IMG/VR virus record: IMGVR_UViG_3300042691_051382
Length of the DNA: 64,000 bases
Reading direction: 5' to 3' (one strand)
Origin: a virus
The notes beneath the pieces are model-generated. The model was given only the letters and a program-made list of their open reading frames with translations. It was not told the origin of the DNA and made no database searches. The position numbers were made by a program, and so were the translations under genes. Positions 8,880-17,371 of this stretch are shown one piece after another (the stretch's first letter is position 1; each line of letters starts with the position of its first letter).

Positions 8880-9077
8880 CCTACCGAACAGAATCCGACC
8901 CTAACACGAGCCTACCGAACAGAATCCGAACCTAACATATCCCTACCGAACAGGTGCATAACCAAACAAAAACCTACCGAACAGAATCCGACCCCAACAA
9001 AAACCTACCCGAACATACCCCTACCCAACACGAGCCTACCCTAACGCAACGCAAACGCAACAAATGCCTACCGAACA
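8880..9077 (+). repeat. Degenerate 31-bp tandem repeat, ~7 units (iteron-like)
   Basis: Core CCTACCGAACA or variant at 8880, 8911, 8942, 8973, 9004, 9035, 9067. Confidence 0.85.
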
Positions 9078-9572
9078 CTTGCCCGACACCCCAACACAAC
9101 CCCCAACACCGCAACAGCACCCCACCATAACCCTCTCACAACCCCTCCACAACCCTCCAACACCACTCAAATGCACACACCACACCCAAAATTCGCGCTC
9201 AAACGGTCAAAATTGCTATAAAATTGCCAGCAACTGCATAAAATACACCAACAACACGCCAAATCACACAAAAAAATTGTGCGATTTGTGACGCGTGGGC
9301 ACCAACGGGTTGCAACAACCCACACGGCACCCGCACATCACACGTTGCACAAAAAAATTGTGCGATTTGTGACGTGCACAGGAACAACACCATGAGTATC
9401 ACCACCAGCAGCATCATCCATTCTTGTCAAGTCGAGCAACACATGCAAATTTTTGCGGTTGCGGATTGCACACACACGCTCGCCAGCTCGGTTGCAGCCG
9501 ACAGTTGGCAGGTACAATGGCTTGTGTTGGGTACGGTCGATGGTGGTACCGTGTTTGCGTGACGCACAACCG

Positions 9573-9630
9573 CTCGATGGGTGGTTGCTGCGACTCGATG
9601 GGTGGTTGCTGCGACTCGATGGGTGGTTGC
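9573..9630 (+). repeat. 21-bp tandem repeat, ~2.8 units
   Basis: CTCGATGGGTGGTTGCTGCGA repeated. Confidence 0.85.
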
Positions 9631-9834
9631 GGGCACCTAAATAAGTAGGGAAAATATTTGGTATATTATTTATATCGGTGGGAATGAGGGTCAGTCAACC
9701 TTCATTTTTACCCATCCGCATGCCAAAATGACATGCGCAAAAAATTTCAAAACTTTTTGAATTTAAGATTTTCTGTGAAAACCCCGCTAGCCACCCAGAG
9801 TAACCCTCGGTAGCACCCTCAACCCTCACACACC

Positions 9835-10098
9835 ATGCAACCCCACTCGGCTCCCGATTGCACACAGTTCACAACCATCTGCACGGTTGCAGCATGGGAT
9901 CTTGTCGAACCGTTAGCACGTGGCGACGGTGGTTGTGTGGATTGGGGCAGAGGATCGATTTTTGCCGATTTGGATTGGGGATACGATTGCGAGAACGAGT
10001 TGGCACACCATTTGACTAGCCAGGGCGACGGTGCCATCTCGGATCGAGCCGCATGGATCAACGGTGATGGCAGTCTGCCGATCGATGCAGGGTACTAA
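9835..10098 (+). CDS. GDG-motif microprotein
   Basis: GDGG, GDGA, NGDG; followed by a terminator. Confidence 0.6.
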   Translation: MQPHSAPDCTQFTTICTVAAWDLVEPLARGDGGCVDWGRGSIFADLDWGYDCENELAHHLTSQGDGAISDRAAWINGDGSLPIDAGY

Positions 10099-10100
10099 AC

Positions 10101-10130
10101 GAAAAACCCCACCGATGAGGGTGGGGTTTC
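10101..10130. terminator. Probable bidirectional terminator
   Basis: GAAAAACCCCACC...GGTGGGGTTTC between convergent genes. Confidence 0.7.
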
Positions 10131-10189
10131 AAGATTTCGTTTTCAATCGTCGAATTCAAATGGTTTGCAACTCTGTGGAGCGCGCACCG

Positions 10190-10741
10190 TCAATCTTCAG
10201 CCATGCCTCCTGATTTGGACACATCAATCTTGGGTTCATACAATCTGTTTTTGGGATCTTTATAAAACCTTCTCTCGGCATTTGCTGCGACTTTACCGAT
10301 CAACTTGGGCGAGCGCGGATCGGCGACCACACCTACTATGTTGGTTAATGCGCGACTGGCTTGAGGCTGACCGGGTCCTCGACCGCGTTGCTCGCCGCGT
10401 TGCTTTCGCGTGTCATCCACCTCACTAGGAGTACGGTCACCTTGGTTTCTCCTGATTTCTACGTTTCTCAAAATATTTCGAACCGAAAGACCTTTAGCTT
10501 GTGCTTTGTTAATCAATGCTTTTTCGTCTTCGCCGGGTATGAGTGTTGGTTTTTTGCTACGTATTGAATATATTTGGCGTTCGATTCTTTTTTGACCTTC
10601 ACTCAACACAGCTTCAACCAACTCGATGGTCGGCTCGTCGAGTTGTTCGAGCAATTCCACAGCTTCCGCTCGGCTCAGCGTTTCGAGGTGTTCCACAATC
10701 GCCTGTGCGGTTTTAATCTCTAAAAATTCTTGAAATGTCAT
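10190..10741 (-). CDS. Late protein with internal-protein-like N-terminus (MTFQEFLE)
   Basis: TATAAATA at 10768-10775 (minus) and RBS AGGAG. Confidence 0.75.
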   Translation of the reverse strand: MTFQEFLEIKTAQAIVEHLETLSRAEAVELLEQLDEPTIELVEAVLSEGQKRIERQIYSIRSKKPTLIPGEDEKALINKAQAKGLSVRNILRNVEIRRNQGDRTPSEVDDTRKQRGEQRGRGPGQPQASRALTNIVGVVADPRSPKLIGKVAANAERRFYKDPKNRLYEPKIDVSKSGGMAED

Positions 10742-10929
10742 ATGTTTCTCCTGCAGGGGGTTTGTAGTATTTATAATTTTGATAACCCAGTCGGCAGCTG
10801 CATACAATCCAGCATGCAACTTTTCGGCACCGATTTTGGATCGCAATCGCAACAGCTTGCCGTGTTGACAGCGATAAATATTGTTGGTTGCTTGGTTGCG
10901 ATCGTGCCTAGCCACAACCCGTCTCGCGA

Positions 10930-11181
10930 ATGATGCTCAACACCCCGATCGTAGCGTTCATGTTGGCAATGGTGGTGGCGACCGCAACCGTTGCCAACAT
11001 GATTTTGATGCTGTTGATCGTGTTGGTGGCACTCGTGCCGTGCTTGATTGCGGGTCGCGATCACCCGGATCGTGCGGTTGTGAGCATTTTGGGAGTGCTG
11101 GGAATCGCAGTGAACGGTTTGTGGTGGCTTTGGGTTGTGGCAACAATATGGGCATTTGCAAGACGATCGGATTCTCAATGA
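10930..11181 (+). CDS. Superinfection immunity (Imm-like) membrane protein
   Basis: L.P.LIA..R.HP....I......W..W..A.IWA pattern; mostly hydrophobic. Confidence 0.55.
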   Translation: MMLNTPIVAFMLAMVVATATVANMILMLLIVLVALVPCLIAGRDHPDRAVVSILGVLGIAVNGLWWLWVVATIWAFARRSDSQ

Positions 11182-11468
11182 TTCACGAATTTCAAGAAAA
11201 TTTAGCGATTGTTGGTTGCCAATTGAATTTGGACATTGGCTATTCGGGCGATGTGGGGCGCAACGGCGACGGTTGGGGCGACAGCGACAACAGTCGCTTG
11301 ATGCACACGCGAACTGGCGACGGTGTGGGCGAAAATGCCGACACGGTCGATTGCATGCACATGTTGGTGAATCAGATCGCGCGCGGCGGCAAGATGTGGG
11401 TGGGTGATGGTGCGGGTTCTGGAATCAGCATCGATTCGAGTGGCGACGGCAGGGGCGAAGGTTTGTAA
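11178..11468 (+). CDS. GDG-motif microprotein
   Basis: NGDGWG, TGDGVG, GDGAG, SGDGRG; ATGA overlap. Confidence 0.7.
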   Translation: MIHEFQENLAIVGCQLNLDIGYSGDVGRNGDGWGDSDNSRLMHTRTGDGVGENADTVDCMHMLVNQIARGGKMWVGDGAGSGISIDSSGDGRGEGL

Positions 11469-11545
11469 AATTACGCAACAACAACTTTAAAAAAGTTGTT
11501 GGCTGCTTAGAGTATGCAACAGTCCTCTTTCACAAGGAGTAAATT

Positions 11546-11887
11546 ATGAGAATCAAGCGAAATGGACGACTGAGCAACCGGGAAGACTCGCACATCTCTC
11601 CCAACGGCACCGACACACGAGTGATGGCCAAGAACGTGATGGTGGGCGACGAGTTTCTTCTGAGCGGCGACCGTGTGGGTCGCGTGCTCGAAAACCGTGT
11701 GACCATCAAGCCGCGTGGTCAGTATGTGTCTCGTTTGCGTGTTCGCACGCCGCGTGGCAAGACGTTCGAGAAGACGGTTGACGGCAGCACTCGCGTGATG
11801 ATTCGCGAGTATCCCGAGACGCGCTTCGAGCGTCGTCGTGCTTCGCGCCGTGGCGATCGTCGCGCCAACTATCGTAGATCACGTTAA
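11546..11887 (+). CDS. Arg-rich basic protein, possible SH3/KOW-like nucleic-acid binder
   Basis: AAGGAG RBS; beta-rich core and Arg-rich tail. Confidence 0.65.
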   Translation: MRIKRNGRLSNREDSHISPNGTDTRVMAKNVMVGDEFLLSGDRVGRVLENRVTIKPRGQYVSRLRVRTPRGKTFEKTVDGSTRVMIREYPETRFERRRASRRGDRRANYRRSR

Positions 11888-12011
11888 CGCCTTTGCGGTG
11901 GATCACGATAGCAGCCGCAATTGCAATATGAATCGTGTGCCGGTCGCCGTACGCTTTGACGGCTCCCTTTCAGCGACTCGGTAATATATAAAAAAGCAAA
12001 CCGTTCACTTT

Positions 12012-12285
12012 GCGCTCGTAGCTCAGTTGGTAGAGCAGCGGACTTTAGAGACAAATAAGAGCCTTGCAACAGGAATGTTGCATTGAACACCATAGTATCG
12101 GAAAAACCTTCGCGGCAACGCATGGCAATTCCGAGGCAAACCCCGCAAGGGAAGCCGTAGAGACTGCAATTGGTGCATCCAGAACGGATGATGGTACAGT
12201 CCAGATCACGAACTCGCAAGAGGCGGTGAAAACCGTCGTGACAAAGTTAATCCGTTTGTCGTGGTTTCGAGTACCACCGAGCGCA
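12012..12285 (+). tRNA. tRNA-Lys(UUU) interrupted by a group I intron
   Basis: Exons 12012-12045 and 12247-12285 join to a 73-nt cloverleaf: acceptor GCGCTCG/CGAGCGC, anticodon loop CTTTTAA, T loop TTCGAGT. Confidence 0.88.
12046..12246 (+). ncRNA. Group I self-splicing intron (201 nt, no ORF)
   Basis: Ends in G; guide sequence TAAGAGCC gives U.G at the 5' splice site and P10 with 3' exon TTA; P7-type GAGACT / TACAGTCC; GCAA/GAAA tetraloop hairpins. Confidence 0.85.
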
Positions 12286-12311
12286 TTTGATAGATTTACG
12301 AAAGGATAATT

Positions 12312-12698
12312 ATGGGCTGTGATATTCACGCACATATTCAATATCGCCACAAAGATGACTGCAATCGCCGTTGGATTACCCTTGTCGAAAACTTCAATCT
12401 TTGGCGAAATTATGAAATTTTTTCGTCGCTTGCTGGTGTTCGATGCAAAAAAGATGTTCGAACCAAGTTTCCAAAAGGTTTGCCCAACGACACAGGCATC
12501 GACTATCGTATGCAAAGATTGATGGACGATACGGATGCTCACTCTAAATCTTGGGCTACTCTCCAAGAATGGCGCGATGCCGTTGAGCCATATGCAAAAC
12601 AAGAATATACCATGGAATATCAATTGGTCACTCGCATTTTGGAAATGCTTGAGAACTCGGGTTGCGAAGTTCGTGTAATTTATTGGTTTGATAATTGA
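12312..12698 (+). CDS. Conserved phage hypothetical protein (MGCDIH..RNYEIF..LAGVR..YWFDN)
   Basis: Motif recognition; AAGGA RBS. Confidence 0.75.
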   Translation: MGCDIHAHIQYRHKDDCNRRWITLVENFNLWRNYEIFSSLAGVRCKKDVRTKFPKGLPNDTGIDYRMQRLMDDTDAHSKSWATLQEWRDAVEPYAKQEYTMEYQLVTRILEMLENSGCEVRVIYWFDN

Positions 12699-12736
12699 AA
12701 TTCCTGTTTTGTGTGTGTACAATACAGCACAATTTT

Positions 12737-12809
12737 GGCGCGTAGTCCAACCGGCAGGAGACAAATCATTTAAAAGGATTTCAGTGCGGGTTCGAATCCC
12801 GCCGCGCCA
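12737..12809 (+). tRNA. tRNA-Leu(UAA), short variable arm
   Basis: GGCGCG/CGCGCC acceptor, loop TTTAAAA, GGTTCGAATCC. Confidence 0.85.
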
Positions 12810-12830
12810 ATTCAACAATCAGCAAACAAC

Positions 12831-13106
12831 ATGAAAAATAAAATCAAACGCTGGGTTGCAGAGTTGTATCAACAACCATCGGAACAAATTTTACAAAAAT
12901 TTGAAATCGTTTCGGGTGTGCAACTTACACCCGAACAAAAAAATGAATTGTTGAACGCCGTGATGCTTGCGTGCGAACGTGCTCATCAAAACGGCTATCG
13001 AAATGCACTCGACGAGCAACCCGAACAAATGGCTATTGAAGACACCGAATTGGGTTGCAACGATTATCGACCCGTGGATCCTCCCGACCCTAACGCATGG
13101 ATTTGA
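12831..13106 (+). CDS. Hypothetical protein
   Basis: ORF in the + strand array. Confidence 0.6.
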   Translation: MKNKIKRWVAELYQQPSEQILQKFEIVSGVQLTPEQKNELLNAVMLACERAHQNGYRNALDEQPEQMAIEDTELGCNDYRPVDPPDPNAWI

Positions 13107-13285
13107 ACATGAAAATCGAACACAACAACAACGATGAACCAGTGAGCATTGTTCTCGAATCGAATCACCGATTGATTCAACAAGTTCTCGAATGGCACGA
13201 GCGCATTCGAAGTCTCGAACGCGAAAACGCCGAATTGCGAAAACGATTGGAAAAGTTCGAGTCGGCAGAGTAGAATACAAACAAC

Positions 13286-13409
13286 CTGGATGCGGCGTGG
13301 TGGGACACGCCTTGGTGGTGGATTGCGGTGGTCTCGAATCGGACCGAGAGAAGTCAACGACTTCAGCCGCAAATCCTGATTCAACTGGGTTCGAATCCCA
13401 GCATCCAGT
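13286..13409 (+). ncRNA. tRNA-like RNA with enlarged branched anticodon domain (copy A)
   Basis: CTGGATG/CATCCAG acceptor, GGCGTG-GTGGGA-CACGCC, CTGGG-TTCGAAT-CCCAG. Confidence 0.75.
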
Positions 13410-13425
13410 TTTCCAGGAACCATCA

Positions 13426-13963
13426 ATGAACAACACACCCATCAACAACAACGATCTGCACGACCTTCAGTGGATGGCGGCGCGGTACGCACACAATCGT
13501 CGTTCGTACAGCACCGGAATGATCAACGACATCACACTCAAGATGATCCAAAATGGCATCTATCCGATGCCCGATCAAACTCGTGAAGATGCACCCGAAC
13601 CCACCGTGTGGGCAAAGGATGGCGATTTTGGTTGGCCACTCAAGATGATCGAAGATCATGGTTGGGACGGTCGCAAACAAAGGAAAACCGATGCCAAACA
13701 AAACTAAACTCAACACTCGAAAAATTCGTCGTCAACTCGAACAAATGGGCTTCACGAGTTTTCAAGTGGAGTTTGATGTTCGCACCACAGCTCATCCGCA
13801 ACCGCACATTCGTGTGACTGCTTGGCATCACTATTGTTATTATCCAGAAGACCGAGTGTGGGTTATGGGCGATGGCAAGAAATTGCAAACCGCATGGAAC
13901 GCTATACTGTATCATGCCAAGAAAATGAATTACGGTTTTGCGGGAGGCTTCAAGCCGCGTTGA
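13426..13963 (+). CDS. Two overlapping hypothetical proteins (13426-13707, 13691-13963)
   Basis: WMAARYAHNR..Y motif in the first; RBS-like starts. Confidence 0.6.
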
Positions 13964-13967
13964 GATG

Positions 13968-14095
13968 GTTGCGGATACAGTACTGGTGTGCTGTCAGGAA
14001 CAGGCGTGCCACGGGGGTTCGAGTCCCCACATCGTCGCAAGAGGATGACAGGTGAATGAGGGCAGGCCATGTGGGTTCGATTCCCACCCGCATCT
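13968..14095 (+). ncRNA. tRNA-like RNA with enlarged branched domain (copy B)
   Basis: GTTGCGG/CCGCATC acceptor (1 mismatch), ACAGTAC-TGGT-GTGCTGT, GTGGG-TTCGATT-CCCAC, plus an internal second T-loop hairpin. Confidence 0.65.
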
Positions 14096-15066
14096 TTGAA
14101 TCAGGAGAACAATGTATGAAACGGTATGAAATAGTAAACTTGGTTAACGAGTTTGTTTTGAAAGAAAATCCTACTGGTCTTTATGTTTTGCATCAAGATG
14201 TAGAGTCGCAACTCAGAGAATTGGAAATTTACAGGTTGCGTCTTGCGGGTGCATTGATGGCATCCGAAGGTGCAAATCCTCTTACTTTTAAGGAAAAGGA
14301 TGTGTTGCCTGAAATTCGTGATTGTGTAACCATCAATTCAATTCTTGATTTGTATGCAGAAATGCAAAAATACAAAGCGGAAAACGAAATGCTGTCAAAA
14401 GAAAATGAAGATTTGAGAAACCGCTCGGAGAACAAGCAATGAATGTCAGTGCATTTCCCGTGCCGATGATTCCATACAACGGCGACCACTATGATGTCAA
14501 GCAGGTCGGACTCACTCGCCGTGAATACTTTGCGATTCAGATTGTTTCGGCTTTGCTTGTTTCGTCGCCCACCAACACCGCCAATGCCGAAAGCATATGC
14601 GAGGTTGTGGCAAAGGCGTTTCTTGTTGCCGACCAAATGGAGCGTGTCTCGGATAGGGGTAGCATATGAACAACAACTTCAGACCTTGGTGGTGGTGGCT
14701 CAATCCTTGGCTGTACATCCAACGCCGTGACCGTGCGTACATCGACGCTCTTGATGCGTTGCAGGAGACTAGCGTCGAGCAGTACGAGCAGAACCGTGAT
14801 GGCGGCAAACGCAAGCCGTGGAACAACCTTGCACCCGTCAATGATGACGATGTTTGGGTTGCCCGACTGGTTTGCAATCATTTGATGGAAAACTCCATCA
14901 CCGAAACCAAACCCGTTCAAACAAGTGTTCCATTTGTTGCTGATTTGCTTGCAAAGCATCGTGTTCGTGCATACAATGAAGGGCTTGCGGTGCATAGTCC
15001 AATCGCTTTGAATGTTGGATTCGAAGCGGGACTGGTTGCGGGTCGAGACTTGGAAAGGAACGGACG

Positions 15067-15423
15067 ATGAACATCAATGAATTGGTTGCCACTAAAGTAA
15101 TGGGATGGACGGTTGTGGACCGTGAAGAGCGTGGATGGGGTGCTGGTCCTGTCGTCTATCATATCAGCCAAGATGTGGATGAACCGTATTTCCAAGATTT
15201 TAGACCATCGACCAACTTGGTTCATGCGTGGATGGTGGTCGAGCATTTGAAGTCGCAAGAGCCGCCGCTACACGTCAGCATCGTGGACTACGCAAACTGC
15301 TATCATTGTAACTTCACTCCTGCTATGGAATGGCGACCTTTTACAAATCGTGAACACTTGAGCGTGCCTATGGCTATTTGTCTTGCGGCGTTGGCGGCTA
15401 AGGGAGTCGAGTATGAAGCGTGA
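15067..15423 (+). CDS. Phage ABA-sandwich-domain-like protein
   Basis: INELVA..VMGW...F.PSTN...AW.VVE.L...AICLAAL. Confidence 0.65.
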   Translation: MNINELVATKVMGWTVVDREERGWGAGPVVYHISQDVDEPYFQDFRPSTNLVHAWMVVEHLKSQEPPLHVSIVDYANCYHCNFTPAMEWRPFTNREHLSVPMAICLAALAAKGVEYEA

Positions 15424-16978
15424 AGAAATTCAAAAATTGATTGCCGAAGCGTACAAGTTGGGATGCGAACAAGGTAGAGGTGAATACCGAATCAGCGTGA
15501 ATGTTGAAACAACAAATCAAGTGGAAAAAGAAGCGAGCAAACGATGACACTGACTTTTAACTATATCAGATACGGTCAAGACGGACAAGTGACTAATGTG
15601 GGTCTCGAATCCACCAACAATCACACTTCTTTCATCAATAAAGGCAACATGGTTTTTATCGGAACAGAATCAAGGTGGTGTGTATACAATGATTTACTGA
15701 TGATGGCTGATGCACTTAGGGGTGCGGGTCATGTCGTAATCGGATACGACCTATTGGTTGAAGACGAGCGAGTAGCCGCTTACCTTTTCGATGAATACAA
15801 GAAAGCCAAGGATGTGCCATGAAAAAGAAACAAATCGCAGAAAAAACTAGTGCGTGGTATGCAAGTTTCAACTTGGCTGGCATATACTACAGCAAGCCGA
15901 TAGAAGTTGTTTACTGCCGAGATTATCCCGACAGCCAAGGTTATTGGTTGGCCAAAAATAAGCGATTCGACTTGTACGAACGAATTCCTCTTGGTGTGAC
16001 CACTCGTGACCGTCACATCAAATTTGTGAGTACCGACAAGCGTGAAGTGGAAATGTTTATTCAGGGTATGCAAGCGGTGGTGAATGTTGCACGCAATAGT
16101 TTGTTTTGGAGCAATCAAAAATCATGAAACGCAAAACTCGTGCCACACCCGCCAACACACCACGCAGTCGTAGCAAAAGAACTCGACGAGAACGCAAGTC
16201 TTTGAATGCTCTCTTTCACAGCATTACAGGACGCTATTGCACCGAAGGGTTCGATATTGACTCGAATACGCTTTTCGACAGCATTTTGCGTCCGCTGATT
16301 ACTCCCATGCCGAAGTTTGATGACATTTGCACCGTGACACCCATGGAACTCAAGCAATGAATCCCGATAAAATCATCGTTGATGAGTTTACAGATTTGTA
16401 TGAAATCAGCAAGGACGACCACGCAAGCAAGATGATTGTTGGCTCGGAGGTGCGAAATCTTATTGGCATCATTCGCAACGAGCGTGCCCGCAATGCTGTG
16501 TTACAAGCCGAGGTGAGGGCTTGGCGTGATTGGGACGACAACTGTGGCGTAGAATTGCATCCCGACAACATTGAAGCCTGTTCGTGTGAAGGCGTGAATC
16601 GTGTTGAGAATGTATTGAACGCCAAGAAAGCCACTGATGCGGCAAATGCTTTGGAGAAGCAATGAAATATGGACACGATTGACCAGATTTTCATCATCGC
16701 AATCTTTTCGTGTGTGACGATTATGGCTGGAATTGCTATGTGTTACAGCGTATACTGTGTGTACCAATTGCGAGACAAATACAAATGAACGATTACATGA
16801 GCCGATACCCCGACACGCATGACTTGATGATGGCTATTTTCGTCATCATGGTTTTGCTACTTGGCGTTTACATTGGATACAAACTCGGACACGACCGTGG
16901 CGTGCTTGACCATGCTTCGGGCAAGTATACGACCGTCGAGTTGCCCAACGGCGACACGATTGTGGTGGAGAACAAGCG

Positions 16979-17371
16979 ATGAGCGAAACTTACGATTTCA
17001 ACGACGGCAACGGTCCGGTCCCGGCGCATCGCCACTCAAACGGTGGCGGCTGGGTTGCTGACACTGCGACTGTTGCGGATACGGCATATGTCGGACCCAC
17101 TGCGCATGTCTACGGCAATGCGCATGTCTACGGAAATGCGCAGGTCTACGGCGATGAACCACAAACGCCGAGCGACGATCATGACGAAATCATCGACGCA
17201 CAAGCCAAGCGAATTGCCGAACTTGAAGAGGCCATTCGTGTGTTGGCTGATACTGTAGTTGTGTTCTGGACTTCAGCGGACTTTGTTCGCCATAGCGACA
17301 GTCTCACCCATGCACGCAAGAATCCGATTGTTTGTCGAGCGATTGACGAGGCGAGAGGAGCAATCAAATGA
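16979..17371 (+). CDS. Hexapeptide-repeat (VYGNA) protein
   Basis: NGGGWVADTATVADTAYVGPTAHVYGNAHVYGNAQVYG. Confidence 0.75.
   Translation: MSETYDFNDGNGPVPAHRHSNGGGWVADTATVADTAYVGPTAHVYGNAHVYGNAQVYGDEPQTPSDDHDEIIDAQAKRIAELEEAIRVLADTVVVFWTSADFVRHSDSLTHARKNPIVCRAIDEARGAIK

Noticed and set aside
8880-9077. CRISPR mini-array
   Set aside because: The conserved core is only ~11 bp and the intervening parts resemble each other, so this is a degenerate tandem repeat. No cas genes in the window.
8935-9648. Short ORFs within the repeat region (9064-9291, 9199-9417, 9424-9648 etc.)
   Set aside because: They are low-complexity translations of DNA repeats without an RBS.
12012-12285. tRNA-Asn(GUU) or a suppressor tRNA reading of the split tRNA
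   Set aside because: A group I intron must end in G. P1/P10 pairing gives the 7-nt loop CTTTTAA (Lys).
1-17200. Diversity-generating retroelement TR/VR pair (VYGNA or GYG repeats)
   Set aside because: No reverse transcriptase in the window, and the differences are not confined to adenines.
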